Below, one piece after another: positions 1 through 8,978 of a stretch of DNA of 27,312 nucleotides; position 1 is the first letter of the stretch; each line of letters starts with the position of its first letter. The position numbers were made by a program, and so were the translations under genes. The notes below the pieces were generated by a model that had not been told where the DNA came from, did not search any database, and was given only the letters and a program-made list of their open reading frames with translations. The DNA comes from a virus (taxonomy: Duplodnaviria > Caudoviricetes): IMG/VR virus record IMGVR_UViG_3300037851_001080, positions 1 through 27,312 of that record. One strand, 5' to 3'.

Positions 1-156
1 CGTCTCATCGTGCGGCGTCATCTCACGGCACTGCGGGCAAAAACACACGAATGTATTTGCTGGCAGTGGCTGGTTCTTAATCGCCCGCAAATCCTCCGTC
101 GAGACCACGATCAACGACTCCACGGTATCGCCTTGCCGGTCTTCTTCGAGAGCCAT
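1..156 (-). CDS. Partial small protein with possible zinc ribbon (runs off the left edge)
   Basis: Manual translation MALEEDRQGDTVESLIVVSTEDLRAIKNQPLPANTFVCFCPQCREMTPHDET; CPQC..TPH motif; true start may be a later TTG/GTG. Confidence 0.45.
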   Translation of the reverse strand, partial: MALEEDRQGDTVESLIVVSTEDLRAIKNQPLPANTFVCFCPQCREMTPHDET

Positions 157-218
157 GTCACCAGCGTTTCGAGCTCGTGAACATCCACCCTGCCTGGTAT
201 AAATGCTGTTTGATACAT
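111..218 (-). CDS. Small hypothetical protein (35 aa)
   Basis: MYQTAFIPGRVDVHELETLVTWLSKKTGKAIPWSR, preceded by GGAAAGGAAG Shine-Dalgarno-like sequence. Confidence 0.45.
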   Translation of the reverse strand: MYQTAFIPGRVDVHELETLVTWLSKKTGKAIPWSR

Positions 219-348
219 AACTACTTCCTTTCCAGGATGTCGCATTTTATGAGGTGGCTTCCGTGTGGCTGGGCGGTCTACCAGCCGCCCAGCCAGTACA
301 AGGAGGAAATCACCGTCATATCGGGCATGCGTCTGCCCGGGATGACCA

Positions 349-477
349 TCACAAATTCTTCAACCGACCGACGATCTCGTGCAGGCGGTGCACCACACTC
401 ACCGCTTCGGCGCCGCCGTTCACGATCTGAAAAACATTCCATTGCCTGCCGGCGATATCGTAATAACAACTGAACAT
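349..477 (-). CDS. Small hypothetical protein (42 aa)
   Basis: MFSCYYDIAGRQWNVFQ..., GGAG RBS at the end of the upstream gene, start 2 nt after its stop. Confidence 0.5.
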   Translation of the reverse strand: MFSCYYDIAGRQWNVFQIVNGGAEAVSVVHRLHEIVGRLKNL

Positions 478-479
478 CG

Positions 480-836
480 TTACTCCTTGATCTTCATCGC
501 TTCGAGCAGTCTCTTGCCGTCCCGGGCGTCCAGCGCCGAATCTACGCCGCCCACCCAGTGCGCCGACTTCATCCGCAGGGTAAAGACATCCAGCGCCAGC
601 TGGTGCCGGGGATCGTCCGGTGAATAAAATTGCATCCACGCCATCAGGCATTCGCCTGTGACTGGATGCACATGGTTTTCCCAATTCCATACCGATTGAA
701 AGGTGATAAAGCCCGGCATCCCCGCCGGAATCTTCTCGTTCAAATACGTTTCAAAATCACGATACGACCGTTCCCCGCGCAACGTCCGCACCAGCTCGCC
801 TTCCGTTTTCTGCTTCTCGTCCGTCTTCTTCGCCAT
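480..836 (-). CDS. Probable XRE/Cro-like helix-turn-helix regulator
   Basis: GELVRTLRGERSYRDFETYL...ITFQSVWNWENHVHP resembles the XRE HTH pattern; first gene after a strong promoter; AAGGA RBS. Confidence 0.6.
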   Translation of the reverse strand: MAKKTDEKQKTEGELVRTLRGERSYRDFETYLNEKIPAGMPGFITFQSVWNWENHVHPVTGECLMAWMQFYSPDDPRHQLALDVFTLRMKSAHWVGGVDSALDARDGKRLLEAMKIKE

Positions 837-871
837 TCTCGATGATTCCTTTTTGTTCGTATCTAGTAATT

Positions 872-915
872 TATTCGTGCTCGAATATATTACGACAGTC
901 GTTTGTTTTTGTCAA
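872..915 (-). promoter_or_regulatory. Sigma70-type promoter with candidate operators
   Basis: TTGACA (915-910), 17 bp, TAATAT (892-887); palindromes ACGAC-A-GTCGT (892-902) and TATTCG-TGCT-CGAATA (872-887). Confidence 0.7.
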
Positions 916-982
916 GGGTCTGGACGCCCTGAAAGGTTACGAATAAAAAGAAACCTTTCTAAAACGCCACGAAAGAACGGGC

Positions 983-1366
983 TCAGGATAGCCTATTCAA
1001 CAAAAACGCCAACATATCCCGCTGGGCAATGACCATTTGCCCCAATGCCTTTAGCTCAGCAGACATTGCCAACTGCACCACCTTGGCATCCGCCAAGGAC
1101 GCCTCGGCATTAACCTGTGTCGGCGAGATGTTGGCGTTGTACCAAGTCAGGAATTCCGCCTGCGTCCACGTCGCCCAGTTGGGAATATTGACGGCATCCA
1201 CCTTGGCTTGAAACATTTTCCCTCGTTCGGGATCCGCAATGCCGAGATAGATCAGCCATTCCACCGGAGTCAGACTGCGGGAAAATTGTGTGGAGGCTTG
1301 GGCGTCATTGCCATCCGTCGAAACGGCAGGCAACCCCGCATCGAGTAATTGCTGTAGCGTAAACAT
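983..1366 (-). CDS. Hypothetical protein, last gene of the tail module (possible fibre chaperone)
   Basis: Start MFTLQQ overlaps the upstream stop (TGATG); position after a fibre-like gene. Confidence 0.6.
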   Translation of the reverse strand: MFTLQQLLDAGLPAVSTDGNDAQASTQFSRSLTPVEWLIYLGIADPERGKMFQAKVDAVNIPNWATWTQAEFLTWYNANISPTQVNAEASLADAKVVQLAMSAELKALGQMVIAQRDMLAFLLNRLS

Positions 1367-2505
1367 CAAACCTCCATTTCCACGATCTGCATGCCGCCGA
1401 TACGCTTGCCTGCCGATGCAGTCCATGTGCCGCTCGCCATATCTTTGAAGATACTGGCAACATTACCGGCGGCATTGTTGAAACCGACCCTGCATGGAGT
1501 TGTCAGTGCCGCGCCGTTATCCACGGCATTGGCAATGCCTTGTTGGTTGTTATTTGTGTTGTTCTTGGGTGTGAACGGCATGGTAATCGTAAAAGTGGTT
1601 GCATTGCTGGTGCCGTCAGTGCCAGCCCGATGCGTCCATCGAACGCCGCCGTGAACCACCTTATAACGACTAAAGAGATTGCTAGGAGCAGCGGAAAAGC
1701 CGGTAAACGCCACGGTCCAATCCATCCAATCACTTTCGAAGATCGGCTTGTTGACCACGTTCGCCGCAGGGATTGACCAGTTATAGCTTGCCGCCGCCGA
1801 AAGTTGCGCCCGGAACCTGCCGATGACAGTCACCGGGTCCGTGGAGTTGAAGTTCGTCCAATTCCCGGCAATATATTTCTCGTTGGTGCTGGTGTTGACA
1901 AAATCGCCCATCGTCTGCGCCCAACTGATGCGGCTGTAACCGAATTTCAAGCCAGCCGAACCGCCGGTTTCACCAATGGCGTACACAAATAGATCGTGCG
2001 ACAATGCCGCCAATTCAGCAGAACCCAGATTGCACCAGTTTGTCCCGGCATTTTTCGTGAAACTCATAGCCGCGGTCAAACTATATTCGGTGTTGCCCAC
2101 CCGGAACTTCAACGGCTTGGTGCTGGAAGGATCACTGCCATCGATATACTTCATCGCCAGCGTCAGATTATTCGAAGCCACGCTCGGCGTGATAATATAT
2201 TTTTCGTAGATTTCGCCGCCCGCCCCAATCTCGGTCTCGGTGCCGCCCGGATTCTTTTTATAGAGTTTTTCATCTGTCTTGAAATACAACTTCATCTTCC
2301 CCGAAGCGGGACTGCCCGGCGAGCTGGATTGCTCGGGCCAATCAATGGCGCCGGAAAACAGATCGGACGATAAAAACTCCGCCAGTTTGGTTTGCGTCAC
2401 CGTGCGGATCTCATTACTGGGACTCGCCTGCCCATCGTCACGCACCAGAAAGGTGAGGTTTCCAAGTTTGGTTACGAGCGCGCTATATAAACTCCACTTT
2501 GCCAT
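1366..2505 (-). CDS. Tail fibre / receptor-binding-like protein
   Basis: 379 aa, Ser/Thr/Gly/Asn-rich beta composition; PGSPASGKMKLYFKTDEKLYKK motif typical of phage fibres; distal tail position. Confidence 0.65.
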   Translation of the reverse strand: MAKWSLYSALVTKLGNLTFLVRDDGQASPSNEIRTVTQTKLAEFLSSDLFSGAIDWPEQSSSPGSPASGKMKLYFKTDEKLYKKNPGGTETEIGAGGEIYEKYIITPSVASNNLTLAMKYIDGSDPSSTKPLKFRVGNTEYSLTAAMSFTKNAGTNWCNLGSAELAALSHDLFVYAIGETGGSAGLKFGYSRISWAQTMGDFVNTSTNEKYIAGNWTNFNSTDPVTVIGRFRAQLSAAASYNWSIPAANVVNKPIFESDWMDWTVAFTGFSAAPSNLFSRYKVVHGGVRWTHRAGTDGTSNATTFTITMPFTPKNNTNNNQQGIANAVDNGAALTTPCRVGFNNAAGNVASIFKDMASGTWTASAGKRIGGMQIVEMEV

Positions 2506-2512
2506 ATCTCAC

Positions 2513-2602
2513 CTAATAGGGTTGGGGCAATACCATTCCAGCCAGACAAGCCAGAAGATAAAGCAGAACGACAACAATGAAAACATATAGATTGGGTTTC
2601 AT
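2513..2602 (-). CDS. 29-aa single-pass membrane peptide
   Basis: MKPNLYVFIVVVLLYLLACLAGMVLPQPY fills the 99-bp intergenic gap; GGAG RBS. Confidence 0.45.
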   Translation of the reverse strand: MKPNLYVFIVVVLLYLLACLAGMVLPQPY

Positions 2603-2604
2603 GA

Positions 2605-3219
2605 TTACTCCGGGATGGCGATTGCAAACCATTCCAAATTGCCTACGGTATAGGAAAGACCGGCGCCATACCCTTCCTTTTCACGTAATTTGATCGTGCG
2701 CGTCCCAGCCGCCACGCCGGTCTTTCGACCAAATGCCGGAGTTGTGAAACCGTTGGGTCCGCCATAGGATTGCGTGGAAAAATTTCCAGTAGTGCCGTCA
2801 ATCGAAACCGCAAACATGGTCCAGCAATTGCCCGACGCATTGGCAGCGTAAATTCTGGCAAAGACCAGGATGGTGGATGTCACATCCACCGTGATCGAGC
2901 CGGATGAGTTCGGCATATCCCGCTCGGTGGTGCTGTTGTAAGTGTGACCCGTCGCATTGTAGAGTGTGGCGGTCTTGAGTTTCAGGTTTATCAAACCCAG
3001 CCAGCTGGGAACTCCACCGCTGGTATTCTTCAAAACCGAATCAGCGGATGGCTTCGCCAGCCGGGTCAGATAATCGCCTGCCGGGTCTCGATAGGTCACA
3101 TCGCCGCCCGCCGTGACGGGATACAACACCCGCAAGCCGGTGCTGATCTCGTTCATTTTGCTTGCGCTTACACGTTCGGATGCCACCCAGACTCGGGGCG
3201 TGGGCCAGGTATCAGGCAT
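2605..3219 (-). CDS. Minor tail protein / short receptor-binding-like protein
   Basis: N-terminal WPTPRVWVASERVSASKMN motif typical of siphophage minor tail proteins; beta-rich C-terminal domain. Confidence 0.65.
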   Translation of the reverse strand: MPDTWPTPRVWVASERVSASKMNEISTGLRVLYPVTAGGDVTYRDPAGDYLTRLAKPSADSVLKNTSGGVPSWLGLINLKLKTATLYNATGHTYNSTTERDMPNSSGSITVDVTSTILVFARIYAANASGNCWTMFAVSIDGTTGNFSTQSYGGPNGFTTPAFGRKTGVAAGTRTIKLREKEGYGAGLSYTVGNLEWFAIAIPE

Positions 3220-3604
3220 GCTTCACTCCTCTGCGCTCATTTTCATCCAACAATTCAGCCACGGTCGTGCCGGGGAACCAGTTTTGCGCATTGCGCGGGC
3301 GCATGCGCAGGGCACGTTCGATCTGCGCTTTATCGGCTGGGAAGGTCACTTGGTATGCCTCGCCAGCATCCAGCGCGGCGCGAAGCGTTTCCCGTCGCAG
3401 AATCACATCCGGCACGGAGTTGAAGGCGCCCGGCATCCGTGGATTGGGGACGAACGTCGTCGCCAGCAGGTTCGGGTGTTCCTCCGGGCAGACGAACACA
3501 TCCCCCGGTTTCACTTCCAGCGCGCTTTGAATGCCCTGTTTCAGACAGTCAGGGCATAGGGCGATCCAGCGGGCATGGTTGAATTCGGCGATCACTTTTT
3601 TCAT
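3212..3604 (-). CDS. Tail-module protein with possible metal-binding motif
   Basis: NHARWIALCPDC...FVCPEEH; tightly packed between tail genes. Confidence 0.6.
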   Translation of the reverse strand: MKKVIAEFNHARWIALCPDCLKQGIQSALEVKPGDVFVCPEEHPNLLATTFVPNPRMPGAFNSVPDVILRRETLRAALDAGEAYQVTFPADKAQIERALRMRPRNAQNWFPGTTVAELLDENERRGVKHA

Positions 3605-3606
3605 GG

Positions 3607-5214
3607 TTATCCAAAAGCCAGGATGGTGTTAGGACCGTCGAGATCATCCTGCCCAAGCGTATCGAGTGTGAAATACAAACCGCTTTCCACTTCTGCTGCG
3701 GGCGTGATGAAGAGTCGTTCGGTGATGTAGCCGCCGCCGTTCCAGATTTCGATCTCACGCCCTACCACGATCATGGCGTAGGCAAAGCCGGTCACGCTCT
3801 CGCTGACGTTCACGATCTTGCCCGGTTTGCTGACCATCAATTTGTCGAAGGCGTCTTCATCCAGCGACGGCGTGTAAAAAATGCTTGGCGCTTCGGTCAT
3901 CTCCGGCGAGTACCAGGTCAACAGATTATCGGCGATCTCCTTGCCGGTGTAGTAATCGCCGTGATAGGGCAGGTCGTAATCCACATTGACGCCCTCGCCC
4001 TGGCGGATGCTGGCATCCACGGCACTGTAACTCAGCGAATCGTAGGGATACAAGCCCTTGCCCTCGATGTCCAGTTGCAAGTAGCCGAGTGTGCCGCCGT
4101 TGTTCTTCATTTTGATATATGCCGAACGACTCCCAGGCGTGAACGTTGTAACGCTCAGACTGCTGTTCAGGTCGCCTGATCCGGCGCCTTCGGTGGAACT
4201 GAATTGGATCTCCGACCCGACGATCGGTGAAGTAATCTCCACCGCCGGGATACTGCGGGACGAAGAGCCGTTCGGGTCACGAAAGAAACAGCGGATCTCC
4301 ACCTCGCCGCCGCCTGGAATCGCCAACTCCTGCGGCAACGTGAACAGCGTTACTGCCGCCGCATCCTTGATCATCGGATAGACGGTTACATTCACGTTGC
4401 GGACCCGGTTCCCGGCTTTGCGGCTGGCGCCCATTTCGATCTGATCGTCATTGAACGATGCCACCGCCTCGGCGGAGGTGAGCAGGCTGTACAAATCCAC
4501 ATAGGTCAGGATCTCGCCGCTGGTGGCGCCGCCTGTGATGAAGATTCGCCCCAGCCCGCATTGCGCCAGCCGTTGCAGAACGCCCAGCACCGACTCCTTG
4601 CCGTCTTCCACATCGGTCAGGGCGTAGTCGTAGGTATAGGCGCCCACGTTCAGGTCGGTCTCGGTTGGCTTATCCTCCATCGCATCCACGATCAACTGGA
4701 TGACCTGATCGTCGGTCACGCCCTCCTGCACGCCAATGGAGGGCATCGAGCCTTCGCGGGAGGCGGTCTCGATCCAATCCGTGATCATGACCTGCACGGT
4801 CTTGTTATTCAACAACCCCGGCATGGGATCGATGGCGACGATCTTGCCCTGCGTGAACCATTCCTGCACGGCGTCTTTGGTGATACCCACCCGCACCTTC
4901 AACCCATTGGCGAAACCGGAGAGCCGGTTGCCGTGATCGGGGGAGTAATAGCCAACGACGCCGCCGCTGTTGGTCGGGTTGTTGTTCATCAGCAGGGTGA
5001 TGGAGCCGATATCCGCTACACGCTCGAGCAGGTCGCCGTTGCGCTGTCCCTGGAAAATCTTGATCGGCGCTTCGGTCAGCACGTCGTCCTGTACATCCAC
5101 CCAGGCTGAATCCAGGATGGGATCGTCGGTCATATCCAGAATGGGATCGTCGGTCATATCCAGGATGGCTTCGCCCAGCGCCATCTCCACATGCAGGGCA
5201 TCCGGTTTCGCCAT
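3607..5214 (-). CDS. Tail tip / baseplate hub-like minor tail protein
   Basis: 535 aa acidic protein directly after the tape measure gene (TAATG overlap); C-terminal FTLDTLGQDDLDGPNTILAF motif. Confidence 0.65.
   Translation of the reverse strand: MAKPDALHVEMALGEAILDMTDDPILDMTDDPILDSAWVDVQDDVLTEAPIKIFQGQRNGDLLERVADIGSITLLMNNNPTNSGGVVGYYSPDHGNRLSGFANGLKVRVGITKDAVQEWFTQGKIVAIDPMPGLLNNKTVQVMITDWIETASREGSMPSIGVQEGVTDDQVIQLIVDAMEDKPTETDLNVGAYTYDYALTDVEDGKESVLGVLQRLAQCGLGRIFITGGATSGEILTYVDLYSLLTSAEAVASFNDDQIEMGASRKAGNRVRNVNVTVYPMIKDAAAVTLFTLPQELAIPGGGEVEIRCFFRDPNGSSSRSIPAVEITSPIVGSEIQFSSTEGAGSGDLNSSLSVTTFTPGSRSAYIKMKNNGGTLGYLQLDIEGKGLYPYDSLSYSAVDASIRQGEGVNVDYDLPYHGDYYTGKEIADNLLTWYSPEMTEAPSIFYTPSLDEDAFDKLMVSKPGKIVNVSESVTGFAYAMIVVGREIEIWNGGGYITERLFITPAAEVESGLYFTLDTLGQDDLDGPNTILAFG
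5110..5168 (-). repeat. 24-bp tandem repeat (about 2.5 copies) encoding ILDMTDDP-ILDMTDDP-ILD
   Basis: atccag(g/a)atgggatcgtcggtcat repeated directly. Confidence 0.9.
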
Positions 5215-7421
5215 TACTGACTCCTCGCCACGGTCACTTTTTCGAAAGCCACACGGTTGGCGCGGGCGATGGTATTGGGCAGGTCGGCGATCATGCGGCG
5301 CAGGTCTTCAAGAATCAGGCGATCGGTCGGACCGCCATCCTCCGCTGTTTCTGTGGAAACATTCAAGCCGGCTGGATTGACGGCGACCGACCCGCTGGCG
5401 CCGAACGGTTCGGCGTTCAGCGAGACCGCCGCATCGAAGGCGGGCAGATCGGATTGCGTCAGGGATTGCATCGCCTCCTGCACGCCCCACAGCCCGATCT
5501 CCCACGGGGTCGGCGAGCCGGGCGTCATCCAATCGGGCAGTTGCAGGTTTTGCAGTTTGGACGCCATCTCCCGCAACCAGTCGGTGACGATGGCCAGTTT
5601 TTCGCTGAGCGATTGAAAGGCTCCGACCACCTTCTCGCCGATCCATTCGGCAATCTTCTGCACGATCGGTTGCAGGGTGTTGGTCCAGAAATCGCCCAGT
5701 GCCTTGAAGGCAGGCTGGAGTTTTTCGCTCAACCATTCGAAGACCTCTTTCAACGCCGGCGCCAGCACGTTCTGCCAGATGCCCGCCAGCGCTTCCAGTA
5801 CTTTGCCAAAGACCGCTCCCAAAAATTCACCCAACGCCTGGAAGAATGGGAACAGCGTGGTGGACATCCATTCCCACACGGCTGTAATGGCGGGCCATAA
5901 CACATTGACCCATAGCTCGGTCAATGCCGTAACCACCGTATCCCACCAGCCCTTGAGCGTTTGCAATGCCAGCGGCACGTTGATCGAGAGCCAGTCCCAC
6001 AGGTTTTGCAGGATCGGTTGAAGCCATGCCCAGAACGTTGCGACTTTTTCCTGAATGCCGCCCCAGTTATTCGTCCAGGCTTCATATAACAGGTAGGCGG
6101 CACCGGCAATCAACAGGATCACGGCGATGATCGGTAACAACGGCACGAGCGCAGTCCAGGCGGCGATGGCTGTGGTGATGCCCCATGCCAATGCGGCGGC
6201 GCCCAGGGCGGCTAATACACCAATCACAATGCCCTTGTTCTCACTTAAGAAATTGAAGGCGTCCTTGAACCATTGGATGACGCCCGGAATGCTCATGTAA
6301 ATCTTCACGGCAAAATCGGTGACGGCTTGACCGATATTCTGGAAGAACGCCAGCACTTCCGGCTTATCCAGGTCGGCGGCTAGGGACTCCATGATCTTGC
6401 CGATCACCTGCAACGGACCTTCGCCGATGCCTGCCAGCGCGGTCGTGGCTTTGTTCTTGAAGAGTTGCCAATGTTCGCCCAAGCCTTTCGTTGAATCCGC
6501 CGTCTGCATGATGGCGCCGTCGGCGTTCATCATCGACTCGACCAGTTGATCGAGAGAGAATTTGCCGGATAAGATGGTGTCCACCATGTCGCCCGCCGCT
6601 TTCGACCCGAAGGTCTCGGTGGCGATCGCCAGGGCATCGGTCTGTGTGGCGGCGTTCTGAATCGCATCCACGGTCTGCCATAACCCCGTTTTCATATCCA
6701 CACCCTGCGCGATGAACTTGCCCTGTGCCGTGCGCAGGCCGCTCATCACGATCTCGGTGTTGACGCCCTGCGCCGTGAACGACGCCAGTAATGCGCCCGC
6801 CTCTTCAAACGAGAAACCAAAGTTCCGCATGGGAGCGCCATACTGCACGATCTGTTGCATCAATGTATCCAGCGGCGCGCCCGTTTGTTGCGCCGCCACA
6901 AACAACGCATCGAGTGATGCGGATGAGTCTTCCGTGGGCAGGCTCCAATCGCCCATCACGCGGGTGAATAATTCGGCGTTCGATTTGGCGTCGCCGCCCA
7001 GGAGCCGGGAAACCTCCAGCAAGGGTTCCGCCAGATTTTGCAGGGCCGGTCCGGTGGCGTCGAGACGCGAGTTCAGGATGCCGATCACATCGGCGGCGCT
7101 CTTGGCGTCCGTCGGCACAGAGGCGAAGACCGCTTTGAAGTCCTCTTCCAGCGCATCCAGTTCGGGACCCATTGCGCCGGTGGCAATGGCGATGGTGTCT
7201 ATCGCATCGTCCATCACCACCGCCGATTCCCACGCGGCAATACCCACCGCTGTGATGGCGGTCGCGGCGACCGAGAGTGCCCCAACGACTACCGCCCCGC
7301 CGACATTCGAAAGTTTGTCGGCAAAAGAATCGGTGGACGCTTTGGTGCTCGTCAGCCCGTCCAGGTAGGCACTGTTATCCAGCGCAAGCAGGGCGAGCAG
7401 GTTCGAGAGTGCGGTTGCCAT
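5214..7421 (-). CDS. Tape measure protein
   Basis: 735 aa Ala-rich helical protein after the tail chaperones; hydrophobic mid segment; periodic Trp/Phe in the C-terminal half. Confidence 0.92.
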   Translation of the reverse strand: MATALSNLLALLALDNSAYLDGLTSTKASTDSFADKLSNVGGAVVVGALSVAATAITAVGIAAWESAVVMDDAIDTIAIATGAMGPELDALEEDFKAVFASVPTDAKSAADVIGILNSRLDATGPALQNLAEPLLEVSRLLGGDAKSNAELFTRVMGDWSLPTEDSSASLDALFVAAQQTGAPLDTLMQQIVQYGAPMRNFGFSFEEAGALLASFTAQGVNTEIVMSGLRTAQGKFIAQGVDMKTGLWQTVDAIQNAATQTDALAIATETFGSKAAGDMVDTILSGKFSLDQLVESMMNADGAIMQTADSTKGLGEHWQLFKNKATTALAGIGEGPLQVIGKIMESLAADLDKPEVLAFFQNIGQAVTDFAVKIYMSIPGVIQWFKDAFNFLSENKGIVIGVLAALGAAALAWGITTAIAAWTALVPLLPIIAVILLIAGAAYLLYEAWTNNWGGIQEKVATFWAWLQPILQNLWDWLSINVPLALQTLKGWWDTVVTALTELWVNVLWPAITAVWEWMSTTLFPFFQALGEFLGAVFGKVLEALAGIWQNVLAPALKEVFEWLSEKLQPAFKALGDFWTNTLQPIVQKIAEWIGEKVVGAFQSLSEKLAIVTDWLREMASKLQNLQLPDWMTPGSPTPWEIGLWGVQEAMQSLTQSDLPAFDAAVSLNAEPFGASGSVAVNPAGLNVSTETAEDGGPTDRLILEDLRRMIADLPNTIARANRVAFEKVTVARSQ

Positions 7422-7424
7422 AAT

Positions 7425-7760
7425 CTATTCGTCGTCCCATTTCTTGAAAGTCAAGGCGGTTTTCAATTGCTCGTAATACTCCTGCGGGTTGAAATTGGCG
7501 ATCTTCTTCCACAACCGGAATTTTTGCGTATCGGTCGGCGATGAGTTGCGTTTGCGTCTGACATCGATGATCGTGGTATTCAACCGCGCAAAGTGAATAT
7601 CCAACAACTCGGCGCCGAACGGCTCGAGATTGTAGTACGCCATCCACTCGGTCAGCGTGTGCGACGACATGCGCCGCAACATGCCGTCCACATCCCAGAA
7701 GCCCAATTCCTTCGCTAGGCGGAAAGCGAATCGGCGGGTTGGGCTTCCAAGGAGTTTTTT
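7425..7760 (-). CDS. Tail assembly chaperone C-terminal extension (gpT-like, reached by -1 frameshift)
   Basis: The -1 frame is open from the slippery site: KLLGSPTRRFAFRLAKELGFWDVDGMLRRMSSHTLTEWMAYYNLEPFG. Confidence 0.8.
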   Translation of the reverse strand, partial: KKLLGSPTRRFAFRLAKELGFWDVDGMLRRMSSHTLTEWMAYYNLEPFGAELLDIHFARLNTTIIDVRRKRNSSPTDTQKFRLWKKIANFNPQEYYEQLKTALTFKKWDDE

Positions 7761-8131
7761 TCCAGTTCCTGCAGGTCTTCCTTCGAGAAACCGGACAGGC
7801 GCTGGATGTGCTCGGCGATGCCGGCAATGGCGGCGGCGTTCTTTTTCTTGAGCGCGACGAGTTGCTCACGGGTATCAAATAACCGCTTGCCCTGCTGGTC
7901 GCACATGCCGCGCCATGCCATCTGGACCGTGAACTCCTCGGCGAACGTGGAATTCTTGCCTTTGGTCTCTCTGAATTTGGCGGCATCGGCTTCAACCTGC
8001 CCGCGTTCCGCCGCGCTGATCGAGCGCACGTAGACAACCCGATCCTGCCATTGCGGCACGGGATGCGCCTCGATGACCGTATCTTCCACGGCCAGTATCT
8101 CTTCCGCCGTCAATGCTTTCTGATTCTTCAT
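7715..8131 (-). CDS. Tail assembly chaperone (gpG-like)
   Basis: Lies between tail tube and tape measure genes; VPQW..VYVRSISAAER and GMCDQQGKRLF motifs; ends near EKN slippery codons. Confidence 0.85.
   Translation of the reverse strand: MKNQKALTAEEILAVEDTVIEAHPVPQWQDRVVYVRSISAAERGQVEADAAKFRETKGKNSTFAEEFTVQMAWRGMCDQQGKRLFDTREQLVALKKKNAAAIAGIAEHIQRLSGFSKEDLQELEKNSLEAQPADSLSA
7754..7760 (-). other. Programmed -1 ribosomal frameshift heptamer A AAA AAC
   Basis: GAA AAA AAC in frame near the end of the chaperone gene; XXXYYYZ pattern at the lambda G/T-equivalent position. Confidence 0.8.
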
Positions 8132-8141
8132 GGCATCCCGC

Positions 8142-8561
8142 TTATGTGATGGTCGGCTTGCCGGTCGGGGTGATCATGCACTCCGCGGTATAGGCGTCTT
8201 CCTGCCCGGTCATGCGCGCAATCTCTTCGATGTGCGCCGAGAACGCAATCGTCTCATCTGCGCCATCCGGCGATATCACGCTCATGTTCACCGGGTTATC
8301 GCTGTCGAATGCGGTCAGCATGGCGGCGTGGGTCACTTCATCGCTGTCCCAGCCTAGCACAACCTTGAACGACTCCAGCGAACGTTTGCCCGTCGCCACT
8401 CGTTTTGCCCAGCCGCCGGTTGCATTGTGCGGCGTCGCTTCGGCAATGAACTTCTTGAATTTCGGAAGCTCACTGCCTTCCAATAGATAGGTCAAGGCGG
8501 TCAGGCTCGTGCCGACCGTGATCTTGACCTGTAGCCCCATTCCACCTTCAGTTCCAGCCAT
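8142..8561 (-). CDS. Major tail (tube) protein
   Basis: 139 aa, lambda gpV/HK97-like size; ends ITPTGKPTIT; AAAGGAG RBS; synteny. Confidence 0.8.
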   Translation of the reverse strand: MAGTEGGMGLQVKITVGTSLTALTYLLEGSELPKFKKFIAEATPHNATGGWAKRVATGKRSLESFKVVLGWDSDEVTHAAMLTAFDSDNPVNMSVISPDGADETIAFSAHIEEIARMTGQEDAYTAECMITPTGKPTIT

Positions 8562-8579
8562 AGTACATCTCCTTTGTTT

Positions 8580-8978
8580 TTATGCCAACTTGTAATTGAT
8601 CGTCACGTCGAACCTCTGCACGGGCAATTTGTGGATATCTGCCCAGTCGTCGCTCAACGTGGTCTTGCAATATTTGATCTGCACGCCGCTCCAACTGCCT
8701 TTGAAACCGTCCAGCGCGGCGCGCACACTGGCGGCGATGCCCTTGATCACGGCATAGTCCGACTGACTGACCGTTTCCTTTGCCATGAAATCCAACTGGA
8801 TCCTGGCTCGATAGAAACCGGTGCCGCCCTGGTGGTGCAGGAGCTGGTCATCTTCAATCGTCTGATACGACCAGGCGGGGAACGCCGCATCTTCCGGGAT
8901 CTCGATCGGGTAGCCTTTGCCTGCGGCTGTTACCTGCGCCTCCACATAGGTCTTGAGACCTTCCTCGAGAACGGTCAT
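8580..8978 (-). CDS. Tail terminator / tail completion protein (DUF3168-like)
   Basis: YP..IPEDAAFPAWSYQTI, RIQLDF, VRAALDGFKG motifs; synteny. Confidence 0.8.
   Translation of the reverse strand: MTVLEEGLKTYVEAQVTAAGKGYPIEIPEDAAFPAWSYQTIEDDQLLHHQGGTGFYRARIQLDFMAKETVSQSDYAVIKGIAASVRAALDGFKGSWSGVQIKYCKTTLSDDWADIHKLPVQRFDVTINYKLA

Noticed and set aside
278-469. 63-aa ORF in the track
   Set aside because: It overlaps the RBS-supported 349-477 ORF and has low-complexity Arg-rich sequence; at most a 23-aa tail from 349 may be real.
1380-1700. AAC-rich C-terminus of the fibre gene as a diversity-generating retroelement variable region
   Set aside because: No second copy differing at adenines and no reverse transcriptase is visible in the window.
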